Below, piece by piece: positions 24,415 to 40,784 of a stretch of DNA of 64,000 nucleotides; the first letter of the stretch is position 1; every line of letters starts with the position of its first letter. The position numbers were made by a program, and so were the translations under genes. The DNA is taken from contig NIVC01000837.1 in NCBI GenBank assembly GCA_002269645.1, positions 1 to 64,000 of the forward strand, given 5' to 3'. The notes beneath the pieces are model-generated. The model saw only the letters and a program-made list of their open reading frames with translations. It did not search any database and was not told the origin of the DNA. The DNA is from Macrostomum lignano. Its lineage: Eukaryota.

Positions 24415-26455
24415 CCCCTCTACTAGCTCCCGCAATGACCTTCTACTAGCCCCCGCTATGACCCTCTACTAGCACTCGCTATGACCCTCTATTAGCACTC
24501 GCTATGACCCTCTACTAGCACTCGCTATGACCCTCTACTAGCACTCGCTATGACCCTCTACTAGCACTCGCTATGGCACTCTACTAGCACTCGCTATGAC
24601 CCTCTACTAGCACTCGCTATGACCCTCTACTAGCACTCGCTATGGCACTCTACTAGCACTCGCTATGACCCTCTACTAGCCCCCGCTATGATCCTCTACT
24701 AGCACTCGCTATGACCCTCTACTAGCACTCGCTATGACCCTCTACTAGCACTCGCTATGGCACTCTACTAGCACTCGCTATGACCCTCTACTAGCACTCG
24801 CTATGACCCTCTACTAGCACTCGCTATGGCACTCTACTAGCACTCGCTATGACCCTCTACTAGCACTCGCTATGACCCTCTATTAGCACTCGCTATGACC
24901 CTCTACTAGCACTCGCTATGACCCTCTACTAGCACTCGCTATGACCCTCTACTAGCACTCGCTATGGCACTCTACTAGCACTCGCTATGACCCTCTACTA
25001 GCACTCGCTATGACCCTCTACTAGCACTCGCTATGGCACTCTACTAGCACTCGCTATGACCCTCTACTAGCCCCCGCTATGATCCTCTACTAGCACTCGC
25101 TATGACCCTCTACTAGCACTCGCTATGACCCTCTACTAGCACTCGCTATGGCACTCTACTAGCACTCGCTATGACCCTCTACTAGCACTCGCTATGACCC
25201 TCTACTAGCACTCGCTATGGCACTCTACTAGCACTCGCTATGACCCTCTACTAGCCCCCGCTATGATCCTCTACTAGCACTCGCTATGACCCTCTACTAG
25301 CACTCGCTATGACCCTCTACTAGCACTCGCTATGGCACTCTACTAGCACTCGCTATGACCCTCTACTAGCACTCGCTATGACCCTCTACTAGCACTCGCT
25401 ATGGCACTCTACTAGCACTCGCTATGACCCTCTACTAGCCCCCGCTATGATCCTCTACTAGCACTCGCTATGACCCTCTACTAGCACTCGCTATGGCACT
25501 CTACTAGCACTCGCTATGACCCTCTACTAGCACTCGCTATGACCCTCTACTAGCACTCGCTATGGCACTCTACTAGCACTCGCTATGACCCTCTACTAGC
25601 CCCCGCTATGATCCTCTACTAGCACTCGCTATGACCCTCTACTAGCACTCGCTATGGCACTCTACTAGCACTCGCTATGACCCTCTACTAGCACTCGCTA
25701 TGACCCTCTACTACCACCCGCTATGACTCTCTACTACCACCCACTATAACTCTCTACTACCAACCGCTATAACTCTCTACTACCAACCGCTATGACTCTC
25801 TACTACCACCCACTATAACTCTCTACTACCAACCGCTATGACTCTCTACTACCACCCGGCACCCGCTATGACCCTCTACTACCAGCCGCTATGACCCTCT
25901 ACTACCAGCCGCTATGACCCTCTACTACCAGCCGCTATGACCCTCTACTAGCCCCCGCTATGATCCTCTACTAGCACTCGCTATGACCTCTACTAGCACT
26001 CGCTATGGCACTCTACTAGCACTCGCTATGACCCTCTACTAGCACTCGCTATGACCCTCTACTACCACCCGCTATGACTCTCTACTACCACCCACTATAA
26101 CTCTCTACTACCAACCGCTATAACTCTCTACTACCAACCGCTATGACTCTCTACTACCACCCACTATAACTCTCTACTACCAACCGCTATGACTCTCTAC
26201 TACCACCCGGCACCCGCTATGACCCTCTACTACCAGCCGCTATGACCCTCTACTACCAGCCGCTATGACCCTCTACTACCAGCCGCTATGACCCTCTACT
26301 AGCACTCGCTATGACTCTCTACTACCAGCCGCTATGACTCTCTACTACCACCCGGCACCCGCTATGACTCTCTACTACCAGCCGCTATGACTCTCTACTA
26401 CCAGCCGCTATGACTCTCTACTACCACTTGGCACCCGCTATGACCCTCTACTAGC
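24415..26455. repeat. Minisatellite, 23 bp unit CTCTACTAGCACTCGCTATGACC, about 2 kb
   Basis: Direct inspection; variant units form higher-order blocks. Confidence 0.95.
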
Positions 26456-27024
26456 AACCCCATCAAATTTAACACACCGCCCCCTCTTTGAGTTTATTAA
26501 CTTTATGTACGATAGTAATATACTACAGTATTATACTATGTATATATAGTAACTTTATATTATTTAAGCTCCTGCCTCCTACCTCCTATGCGCCCGATGT
26601 TGTATATGAGCCAGCGGTCATTACCTCTGTTATTCAAAAACAGATCTTCAAAGCTCGAACTCGAGTTTTACAACTGAGTTCGGGACTTTTAAGCATGATG
26701 GCGCGATCAAATGCAGCATCTGCTATTTGTACCCCTTTCTCACGACCTCGCAACTTCCATCTGCAAACTCCACAATAAAGAGAATCACAAACTGTCAGGC
26801 CTGTGTGCAATTTACTGCAAGCACAAGTAAATTCCCCTCCCGCAGACGGACTGTGGGAAAATTCAAAGTGCGTTCGTTTTTTCAGTTTTTATTTCAGCTG
26901 CTCTTTTTGCTTTAGTTTAAGCTGTGGGATCTTTCTAGGGGCTTTATTGTTTTGAGGCTTTTCTTTCTTCTACATCCTCATTAACTCACACCACTTTTCC
27001 TCGGGGGAGTCGCTTCACAAAACA

Positions 27025-27400
27025 GACATTTCACAAACTGGACACTTCACAAACTGGACACTTCACAAACTGGACTCTTCACAAACTGGACTCTTCACAA
27101 ACTGGACTCTTCACAAACTGGACACCTCACAAACTGGACTCTTCACAAACTGGACTCTTCACAAACTGGACTCTTCACAAACTGGACACCTCACAAACTG
27201 GACTCTTCACAAACTGGACACTTCACAAACTGGACTCTTCACAAACTGGACTCTTCACAAACTGGACACTTCACAAACTGGACACTTCACAGATTGGACT
27301 CTTCACAAACTGGACAATTCACAAACTGGACTCTTCACAAACTGGACACTTCACAGATTGGACTCTTCACAAACTGGACAATTCACAAACTGGACACTTT
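27025..27400. repeat. Minisatellite, 16 bp unit CTTCACAAACTGGACT
   Basis: Direct inspection. Confidence 0.9.
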
Positions 27401-28019
27401 GCAAAAATGTATTTATCTTCTCAGCTTTTTTTCGTTCGATCTAGAAATATTCTATAAATTTTTTTCTGATTTTCACCATGGTGTCGCAATTTGCAGTGTG
27501 ACACACAGGATGCAGCCATCTGATTGAGCTCTTGCTCAACCCTACAAGTCCTCAGTATGCTGCTTTCATCCTTTTTCTATCGTTTGATCCATGAAAACGA
27601 CCGGTCAATCACGTCCTGTTAATAAGATTCTATTCTTAGACTTTGATTTATCCCAGACCAAGCTCAGATCCCCCTTGACGATTAAAGTATTCGGAAAACG
27701 TGCGAACCTGTCTAATTCTTTGTTTGAGTCAAGAATGAAGCTCGGAATAGAAAAGGTCATTCCTATAATCGCTTCTATAACCATATTTGCGAGCACATCA
27801 AACAAAAGGAGCAAAATTGCCAAGAAAGATAATAGAGGAGACTGGGTTGATTCGAAACACAGAAAGTAGAGAAAGATTCTGGGAAATAATAAGAAATTAA
27901 AACACTGAGAAGGCAAGTAGAGGAGAGATGAAGATAGCGGAGAGAAACTTAAAGAGATCAGTGAGATCTAATTGCGAGCAGAGAGAGAGCTAACAGTGAT
28001 CAGTGGGCAGTGAGATCTA

Positions 28020-29040
28020 ATAGAATTCAAAGTGAGATCTAATAGAGATCATAGAGATCTAATAGAGATCAGAGAGATCTAAAAGAGATCAGTGAGGTCT
28101 AATAGAGTTCAGAGTGAGATCTAATAGAGTTCAGAGTGAGATCTAATAGAGTTCAGAGTGAGATCTAATAGAGTTCATAGTGAGATCTAATAGAGTTCAT
28201 AGTGAGATCTAATAGAGTTCAGAGTGAGATCTAATAGAGTTCAGAGTGAGATCTTATAGAGTTCAGAGTGAGATCTTATAGAGTTCAGAGTGAGATCTTA
28301 TAGAGTTCAGAGTGAGATCTAATAGAGTTCATAGTGAAATCTAATAGAGTTCATAGTGAAATCTAATAGAGTTCAGAGTGAGATCTAATAGAGTTCAGAG
28401 TGAGATCTAATAGAGTTCAGAGTGAGATCTAATAGAGTTCAGAGTGAGATCTAATAGAGTTCAGAGTGAGATCTAATAGAGTTCAGAGTGAGATCTTATA
28501 GAGTTCAGAGTGAGATCTAATAGAGTTCAGAGTGAGATCTAATAGACTTCAGAGTGAGATCTAATAGAGTTCAGAGTGAGATCTAATAGAGTTCAGGGTG
28601 AGATCTAATAGAGTTCAGAGTGAGATCTAATAGAGTTCAGAGTGAGATCTAATAGAGTTCAGGGTGAGATCTAATAGAGTTCAGAGTGAGATCTAATAGA
28701 GTTCAGAGTGAGATCTAATAGAGTTCAGGGTGAGATCTAATAGAGTTCAGAGTGAGATCTAATAGAGTTCAGAGTGAGATCTAATAGAGTTCAGAGTGAG
28801 ATCTAATAGAGTTCAGGGTGAGATCTAATAGAGTTCAGAGTGAGATCTAATAGAGTTCAGAGTGAGATCTAATAGAGTTCAGGGTGAGATCTAATAGAGT
28901 TCAGAGTGAGATCTAATAGAGTTCAGAGTGAGATCTAATAGAGTTCAGAGTGAGATCTAATAGACTTCAGAGTGAGATCTAATAGAGATCAGAGTGAGAT
29001 CTAATAGAGTTCAGAGTGAGATCTAATAGAGATCAGAGAG
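28020..29040. repeat. Minisatellite, 22 bp unit GAGATCTAATAGAGTTCAGAGT
   Basis: Direct inspection. Confidence 0.95.
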
Positions 29041-29613
29041 ATAGCAGACTCATGTTCAGTCATAAGTAGTTTCGTTCATTACATTAATTATTTTAATGCT
29101 GAATGTAAATGATGAATTTTAATGCTGTAAAAAACAATAAATGCATTATTTTAATGCTGTTTGGTCACATTTGTTATTAAAATGATATCTAAGGTCAATT
29201 TCTCAGCTCGGCAGCGCAAATTTGATAAAGCATCCTTGGTTTAGAAATCTCGGGACCCCCAACCCCATAATACTAAGCATGGGAATAATATTATTTTTAT
29301 CTATTTCCTAGAAAAACAATCCCACACCGCACTGTGATGGGAACTTTTTGGCAAGTTCGAGTCTCAGCCCCTCTTGACGCGGTGAGGGGATGGCGGTTGC
29401 GGCACGCGTGCTCTTGTGAAAGCAACAGCGCAGAAATATAGTGGCTTTTTAAAAAGATTTTTAAGGCCAGGCCGGGCAAGCTTTATCTGATACTTATACA
29501 GAGATAATGCCTGCATTCATACACTGATATATTTATATTGCTACCGCCGCCTGTCGGCAGTAAACAACACAAAGATACCATGCAGTCAGTCAGTCGGCTT
29601 GCCAAGAAAAGAA

Positions 29614-30342
29614 CGTGGGAAAAAAGCTTGAAGGAATTCAATGGGTGAGGGAGGGATGAGTTGATATCGGGAAGGGGAGTGCGGGCCATAGTGCAGTATC
29701 ACTTACTGCACTAACTGTCTGTCTCTGATACTAAACTGGAAGCCAGCCAAAAAGACCGCGGGCTGTCCGTGGGAAAGCTTATTGTGTGGGATGTTTGATG
29801 ATGTGACGTGAATTTCTGAGCATGCTGGACCGAGTTGAGGAGGAGCCTGAGCTATGAGATTGGGGTTGGTGAGCAGAGATAAAGCGGTGCTTTTGGCTCG
29901 ACGCCAAAGTGTGTCGGGCACCGCGAAGGGGCCGCTGGCAACAAAGACTAAACAACAGGAATTCCGAGTCCGAGTGAGGGTATGGGATATAAAACGAAAT
30001 GAATGGGGCAGAGCTGAGCATAGCAACCAACACAGGCAGGGGTGGTCCTGCCTTCCCTCACCCAACCCCCCCCTGCTCCTGCTCAACCCTTCCTCGGCTT
30101 CACGTAATCAGCGTGGGCCGCAGCCGCCGCCGCCGCCGCCCCCCGGGCCAATGAGAGCAGGAGCTCGGGTGAGCTTGCTCAATCCCCCAATAGCCACTCT
30201 CTCAGGGAGGAATTGGCTCCGGTCCAAAGAGGATGTCCCTCCCCCTCCCCCCTCCGGCCTCCGCCTCCTGCCTGACTGCTCCACCATCGCTATTTAAACA
30301 GTGGGAATCGACTCGCACAATATCATCATCTTAGTTCCCACA
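29614..30342. promoter_or_regulatory. Cluster of CSL/Su(H) sites upstream of the RREB1-like gene
   Basis: CGTGGGAA at 29614-29621 and 29768-29775; TTCCCACA (TGTGGGAA on minus) at 30335-30342. Confidence 0.45.
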
Positions 30343-30402
30343 TCCTAGCTTACCAAACTCCAAAGTCTATAGTCTGCAGAGCTTCGAGATTAAACTCGAA
30401 CC

Positions 30403-33400
30403 ATGACTCTACTGCAACATCAGCAGTTTAAGGACGAATTTGGCAGCGCTGATGCTCTGCTGCGGCCTGCATCGTTTGGTAATTTAATAATTCATAATTG
30501 TTTTTCTAGAAATTGCAATAACATTCAACTGAGAACGTTTAACTGTTAACTTTGCATCGCACTGCAGCCTCTCATCAGCGCCAGAGCTTCATGGGGCTGA
30601 CTTGGTCGGCATCGAATTTCGCGTCAAATCAGCTGCACCTGCTGCGGCCTGATCAGCCAGAGCAGCAAAAGCAGAAGCAACAGAAGAAGTTGCAGACTCT
30701 GCCCGGCGGAAGTGGACGGAGGAGCTCTGCTACTAAGGTGCGATATTAATTAATTATTTTATTTTTGTTTACCAACCGGCTGGTTTATGGCTATACGCTC
30801 GCATTTGGTCGTTATCAAACTGAAATTAAGTGTGCATAAGGTGCAAACGCAAAACACCTGAGGTCCCCTATTGTTGATTTGTGGAAGCAAATTTTCTGGA
30901 AGCAAAAGAGTGGGGACAAAGAATGACAGGAGTTCAAAGCTATACCGAACTCAAAGTCTTTATTTAACTTTAGGATTTTTAGTGCAATTTGAGTTCTGAA
31001 CTACCCGATCCAGTGTCAATCACCTTTGTTGATTGGATTGGTTTGCCTTCTCACATTCATGGGTCTCTGAAAAAAAAGATGTAAACAAACTAGTATAGAG
31101 GAAGTAAAGGGTAACACAGACTACACAGACTCTAGCTTTGGAGTCTTTGTTTCTTTTCCTATTTTTATATAACCGCTGCCGGCGCCTGTCTAGCCAGCCT
31201 CAGCCTCATCTGCATCTGCATGCGGGACACAACTCGCAGTCCATATTCGACTCGAAATCTAACTTTTTATTTTTGGTGGGAACGGGAAACGAGCAATAAA
31301 GTTATTATAGATAAAGAAGACTAGAAGAGGATCCAAGGAGACTGCGGTCAAGTCCCACAGAACTGCAGACAAGTCAGTCAATGATATGATTGCCTCACAA
31401 TCATGGCTGACCCCTGGATGACCCCCCCCCCTACCAGACTTTTATTCTCGGCGTCGATCCTTGACCGTGCAGACTCCCGTCCCTCCCCTCCCCCATCTGG
31501 GATTTCGGGTGTTAGGAGGCGGGCACTCAAAGCGGGGGCACTTCTTTGGTATCACGAAGTTTTTTTCATTCGTTGGTTGCGCATATAAATGAAGATGAAG
31601 CTTGGCAGAGATACTGGACAGTTGCTAGGGCGGCGAGTTCTTCCTATGGTGCAGGTGGTATGCTTGCCAGTCATAAAACACACTTGGGAAAATTTTGTAT
31701 AAAATGTAAACCTATTTATCCTTATCTCTTATCTCCGCCGCCGTATCGAAAAAAAATTCAACCGAAATTCCCGCTGGAATTGACAGGTCCTGCCGAAACA
31801 GCTGCTCAATGGTCAGGAGGTGTTCGTCTGCCCGCTCTGCGACCAGAACGGCAGGCAGGTGCTGGCCAGAAGCAAAATCGAGCTGACCGCCCACCTGAGG
31901 ACGCACAATCGGGATTGCGATTCAGTTGGGCAGCACAGGTGCGCCATCTGCAGCAAGGAGCTCAGCTCGCAGTCCTCGCTAGATAGGCACATGCTCACGC
32001 ATTCGGGTGAGTGTTTTAAATAAATATTTTGCATTTACTATTATTTCTACTTGCGTGAGTAGTACGTTGAGGTAGAAATTTTCTGTCAACCATCCTCTGA
32101 CTCTGATTTTTCTCTCTTCCGCTTCCCCTCTCCCGCTTCCCCTCTCCCGCTTCCCCTCTCCCGCTTTCCCCTCTCCCGCTTCCCCCTCTCCTTCCCCCTC
32201 TCCTTCCCCCTCTTCCGCTCTCCCCTCTCCCGCTTCCCTTCTCCACTCTCCTCTCTCCCGGTTTCCAATTTCGCTTCCCAATTCGCACAGCAGTCCCAGT
32301 CTCATCTGCTCCCACATCCTTCATCTTTCAAAATATCTAAGAAAAATCTCCCAAATCCCAACAGACGAGCGGCCGTTCGCCTGTCCGCTTTGCCCGACCG
32401 CCTTCACCACCAACGGCAACATGCGGCGGCACCTGCAGACCCACCGGAATGATCCCGGCCTGGCCGACCAGGTCGACCGCCATCTCAGCGGCGAAGGTCG
32501 CGGGCGTCGCGGACGTCGTCCGGGCGGCGGCGGCGGTGGCGGCGATTCTTCAACGACAGCGACAGAGGAAGCGCCGGCGGCCGCTGACGCCGTAGCGGCG
32601 TTTGATGACGACAGCGGCGAGGAGGCGCAGCTGGAGGAGGCTCCGCCAGTCTGGCTGGAAGGCGCGCTGAAGCGGTCCAGCTCCGACCGGGTGGCTCCGT
32701 CTGCTCAGTCGGCCGCCACCGACCAGCCGCTGGACCTGACAGTGCAGAAGTCGGCAGCAACGATCCCCGCTGCTCCCAGCTCATCCGCCGCGTTGGCGCC
32801 GCCTCGTCAGACTCTCGCGACGCCTGCTGCTCAGCCTTGGCCAGCCGCTGCCGCAGCAGCCGCCGCAGCCGCCGCGGCCGCTTGCCTTCCCTGGCCGTGG
32901 AGCCTGCACCACCTGGCTGCCCTGGCCGGCAGCAGCCAGCAGCACCTGTGGCTGTCCGCTCTCAGTCAGCAGCCTCAGGCCCCGCAGCCGATGCTGCCGA
33001 CATTTCCGCCGCTGCCGCAGCCAGATGGCAAAGCGGCAACCTCGACGCCGACTCCTGGCTGCGTCAGCGCCGACGACACCGACGAGCACCAGAGCCGCAG
33101 CAGCAACGACTGCACCCTTGGAGACCTTAGCGACGCAGCCGACGACGCTGTTGACATCGACGTCGACGTGGACGTCGACATGATCGACCAGGACGGGCGT
33201 CGGCATTCGCAATCGGCCGAGCAGAGAAAGTCTCGCAAAAACTCCTACAAAGAGGCGCCGAACCTCATCTACTGCCCGTTCGAGTCCTGCCGGCAGGCCT
33301 TCCCCTGGATGTCATCGCTGAAGCGGCACATCATCACGCACACCAGCCACAAGCCGTACGCGTGCACCCGCTGTGAGCACGCCTTCTCGACCAAGTCCAA

Positions 33401-33641
33401 CCGGGAGCGGCACATGGAGCGAATCCATCAGGTCCGGGTGAAGGGCCGCCGCCAGTGCCTGGAGCACCTGGATCAGCACGAGCTGGCCGCGTTCAGGCAG
33501 CACGACCAGATCGCCGAGGACATCGGCGAGCGCCTGCTGGCCGAACTGGGCGACGCCCTGGTCACCTCGGCGAATCCGCAGCGCGGCAAGTTCGACCAGG
33601 AGACTCTGGCCGGCCTGTCCGACTCGTCCGCCAGTCGCTGA
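30403..33641 (+). CDS. RREB1: RREB1/pebbled (hindsight)-like C2H2 zinc finger transcription factor, 4 exons, 580 aa, 5 fingers
   Basis: Exons 30403-30478, 30568-30737, 31787-32006, 32365-33641. Phases 1,0,1 join in frame (1743 nt). CAICSKELSSQSSLDRHMLTHS, FTTNGNMRRH and KNSYKEAPNLIYCP..FPWMSSLKRHIITHT..FSTKSNRERH match RREB1/pebbled fingers. Contains PLDLT (CtBP-type motif). The first two exons are less certain than the last two. Confidence 0.85.
32090..32270. repeat. CT-rich repeat (TTCCCCTCTCCCGC), RREB1-like intron 3
   Basis: Direct inspection. Confidence 0.8.
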
Positions 33642-34703
33642 CGATGCAATTACTAACATTATTTAGACTGTTTCGTTTTCCCTCATCCGGCTACTTGTAG
33701 TAGGCGAATTAGCAAATTAAATTATCATTATTATTAGTCCAGCACTACTGAAAATTATATATCGTTTGTAATAAACCGTACTCAGTAGTCATGTACTGTA
33801 AGATTCTGTGTCTCAAAATTCTCGCGTACATTCGATTCGACTTAGCGAAAGGTTTTACGAAAACTAAAAAAAATAAACGCTTGTATATCCACTCGAAGGC
33901 TGCAATTCTTGGTTTTTAGTTTAGCCTTTTTTGTATTCACGATTTTAACTTTTGGTTGATTGGTTTCATAATGCTTTCATTCTCTTGCGGCTGAGCAAGG
34001 CGCCTCTCCATACTCGATATGCAGTCCTGACAATTGGACTTCTTCAAATGAGCTTCAAATTCTGATTTTATGGCAAAAACATTCTCATATATGAAAAGGA
34101 ATTGATTCCACTCTCCATATCATCTTTCTGTACTTCTCACCCTTACTCTCCCTCTCAACCTCCTCCTCTCCCTCTAAGCTTCCTCCTCTCCCTCTCATTC
34201 TCCTCTCTCCCTCCCTCTCAGCTTCCTCTCAACCCTCCTCTCTCTACCTCTCCCCTTCCTCTCCCCCATTCAATCTTCGCGTCCCTCCAAAGCATCGCCT
34301 CCCTTTCCACCCCAACCTTATGCTACATACTGGATTCTGCACAGCACACGTACACTGTGCAGTACTTGCAATTGTCTTTAGCTTATTCCAGTCTCTCTTG
34401 AATTTGGAAACTGTCAGCCTCATCTAAGCCCGCGGCGGTGGGGATCTGCAGACTAGTGAGTACATGTATACTGTACAGGAACAAGAAAACACGTACGAGT
34501 GATAACAAAGGAAAGGATAGAGAATAGGATAGAATGAGAGACGTGGATCCTAGCAACGACAAACATTTAAACTTTAGTAACCTACTGTAAACTTGAGCCC
34601 ATTTCTCTGGGCGAGAATTGACCGGCCGCACAAGACGCAGACCGTTTAGTACAAATACACAATGCATTAAATTAATAGAACTACAGGTGAAAAAAGATCG
34701 GCG

Positions 34704-37526
<2,823 letters not shown>

Positions 37527-37547
37527 CAACGGCCGAATTGATCGCAT

Positions 37548-38040
37548 TTGAGGATTGGGAAGATGACCGATCTGAAGAGTTTGAAGTGACCTACCTGAGT
37601 ATTGGAGAGGGAGATGACCCACCGAAGGATTGAGAAGATGACCCACCTGAGGATTGAGAAGATGACCCACCTGAGGATTGAGAAGATGACCCATCTGAGG
37701 ATTGAGAAGATGACCCACCGAAGGATTGAGAAGATGACCCACCTGAGGATGAGAGATGACCCACCTGAGGATTGAGAAGATGACCCACCTGAGGATTGGG
37801 AGATGACCCATCTGAGGATTGGGAGATGACCCACCTGAGGATTGAGAAGATGACCCACCTGAGGATTGAGAAGATGACCCACCGAAGGATTGAGAAGATG
37901 ACCCACCTGAGGATTGAGAAGATTACCCATCTGAGGATTGAGAAGATGACCCACCTGAGGATTGAGAAGATGACGCACCTGAGGATTGAGAAGATGACCC
38001 ACCTGAGGATTGAGAAGATGACGCACCTGAGGATTGGGAA
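37548..38040. repeat. Minisatellite, 24 bp unit GAGGATTGAGAAGATGACCCACCT
   Basis: Direct inspection. Confidence 0.9.
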
Positions 38041-38304
38041 AAACTAATAAGGTTAAAGCTGATCATTTGAACCCATGTTATTTTTTGCTTGTTTATTTAT
38101 CAAATAAATTAAATTTCTACGGACCTACATGAAAGCTGCAAGTGACCTTTTCCGTATCAATAACATTCTTTGTTTGTTTTGATCGCATAGACCATTTTGA
38201 TCGCAAAATCGCGTTTAAAATAAAAAAATTCTGATAAAAGTCTGACCTACTCTTAGCTTGCCACGAGACCTACTTAACTTGCTTAATATCATTCTCACAC
38301 ACTC

Positions 38305-38760
38305 CTGTCTCATCTGATCTCACCCTATCTCATCTGATCTCACCCTATCTCATCTGATCTCACCCTATCTCATCTGATCTCACCCTATCTCATCTGATCT
38401 CACCTTATCTCATCTGATCCCACCTTATCTCATCTGATCCCACCTGATCTCATCTGATCTCACCCTATCTCATCTGATCTCACTTTGTCTATTCTGATCC
38501 CACCTTATCTCATTTGATCTCCCTTTATCTTATCTGATCTCACTCAGTCTCGTCTATTCTCTCACTTTGTCTCAGCTAATCTTTCACCCCGTTTTCTACA
38601 TTCTCTCATCCTATCTCATCTGCTCTCTCACACCCCCGTCTCATCTGACATCACCCTGTCTCATCTACTCTCCCACCTTTTCTCATCTACTCTCTCACCT
38701 TTTCTCATCTACTCTCTCATATTGTCTCATCTGAACTCACCTCGCCTTATCTACTACTAA
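38305..38760. repeat. About 20-bp degenerate minisatellite (TCTCATCTGATCTCACCCTA)
   Basis: Direct inspection. Confidence 0.8.
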
Positions 38761-39179
38761 TCAGCTTCTCCCTACTGTCTCCCTCAATCTCACCCCTCTA
38801 TCCCAGCCCCTTCCCGTCTCAATTCACTTTTCAAAAGCTGCTTTTACGCACTTACGAGAATGTACACTGCTGTACGCACAGGGCATTCACTAAGAATGTA
38901 CAGGCCTCCCATTCTCTCCTGGATTGTGCTCTGAACCAAGTGAAAAAACGGCTACCATGACGACAAGAGAGAGAAGCATTTGACCCCCACCTTTCAGTGG
39001 ATTAAAGCATGCTTCTAGTAATCAACACGCACCCTCTCTCCTGTGGCTGGGAATACCTTGGTTCTCTTCTAAGGAGTTGCAATGCTTTGCAACAGAAATA
39101 TCTCTGCTGTGAGTTGGGCACTCTGCATCGCTATCACTGCTGGTAAGATCGCTTGATATATTTGCCTTCTACCGTGTAT

Positions 39180-40160
39180 CTGCATCTCCCTCTCTCTTCT
39201 GTCCTCTCTCTTCTATCCTCTCTCTTCTCTCTCTTCTATCCTCTCTCTTCTATCCTCTCTCTTCTCTCTCTTCTATCCTCTCTCTTCTATCCTCTCTCTT
39301 CTCTCTCTTCTATCCTCTCTCTTCTCTCTCTTCTATCCTCTCTCTTCTCTCTCTTATATCCTCTCTCTTCTCTCTCTTCTATCCTCTCTCTTCTCTCTCT
39401 TCTATCCTCTCTCTTCTCTCTCTTCTATCCTCTCTCTTCTCTCTCTTCTATCCTCTCTCTTCTCTCTCTTCTATCCTCTCTCTTCTGTCCTCTCTCTTCT
39501 CTCTTCTCTCTCTCCCTCTCTCTTCTATCATATCTCTTCTCTCTCTTCTATCCTCTCTCTTCTCTCTCTTCTATCCTCTCTCTTCTGTCCTCTCTCTTCT
39601 CTCTCTTCTATCCTCTCTCTTCTCTCTCTTCTATCCTCTCTCTTCTATCCTCTCTTCTCTCTCTTCTATCCTCTCTCTTCTCTCTCTTCTATCCTCTCTC
39701 TTCTGTCCTCTCTCTTCTCTCTCCTCTTTCTCCCTCTCTCTTCTGTCCTCTCTCTTCTATCCTCTCTCTTCTCTCTCCTCTCTCTCCCTCTCTCTTCTCT
39801 CTCTTCTCTCTCCCTCTCTCTTCTCTCTCCTCTCTCTCCCTCTCTCTTCTATCCTCTCTCTTCTCTCTCCTCTCTCTCTCCCTCTCTCTTCTATCCTCTC
39901 TCTTCTCTCTCCTCTCTCTCTCCCTCTCTCTTCTATCCTCTCTCTTCTCTCTCCTCTCTCTCCCTTTCTCCCTATCTCCTCCCTCCTCTCTCTCCTCTCT
40001 ATCTCTTCTCTCTCTCCTCTCTCTCCCTCTCTACTCTCTCCTCTAACTCTCCTCTATCTATCCTCTCTCCCTCCCTCCTCTCTCTTCCTCTCTCCCTGTC
40101 TCCTTCTCTCCTTCTCTCCTCTCTCTATCTCTCATCTCTCTCACTCTCCTTATTCTCTCC
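39180..40160. repeat. CT-rich low-complexity repeat, intron 1 of paralog 2
   Basis: Direct inspection; explains ORF 39153-40046. Confidence 0.9.
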
Positions 40161-40784
40161 TTTTTCCTTAACCCGAAATTCCATCTATCATGGACTCAGA
40201 AAAACTCAGCCCAAGCATCCACGCAACTCACGCAGAGCTGATGCTTTGCCCCGCGATTGGCAAGAGCTCAACCGGCAGTCGGAGCAGCCGCTCCAGTTTC
40301 CGTAGCTCCGGAAGTGTGTCTGTGTTTGTTAGTAGCAAATTTCCGTGAGTGAACTTCATTGGGTGCTTGATGACCTTGGATTAGTGGGGACTGGGGCCAG
40401 CTAGAAGACAAGCACTCATACCGCCATTCCGCTGACTCCTGAGCATACAAGCGCGCCAATGCTGTACGCAGGCACAGCACTCATACACACGCTCACACAG
40501 GGTTTACAGCAGCCCTGACTTTCTAATCGTCAGGCATGTACACTCTCTGTGCCTTGGGGGCTGGCCCTCATGGTTGCGAATTGCATTACAACCGCCTGGC
40601 CAACTGTTTGTGGTTGCGCACGGAATCGAACCCCCGTACTGTCTATGGCCTGTTCGTCTGCCCGATCGAGCCGGGCCGGGAGGACCGGGTGTACTGCTGC
40701 GGGGAGGAGGATGGACAGAGGTGCTGCAGCTTCTGGGAGGAGTGAGTTCAGAGCTATCTTACACTAGACTAAACTCATATCTGA

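Noticed and set aside
32485-33700. Overlapping antisense and alternative-frame ORFs over RREB1 (similarly over API5, ZMAT2 and USPL1 exons)
   Set aside because: Shadow ORFs expected from GC-rich codon usage.
40413-40533. Rescue of paralog 2 by a small extra exon plus a 32-nt intron
   Set aside because: The acceptor lacks a pyrimidine tract and the peptide has no similarity to the paralogs; not supportable without RNA data.
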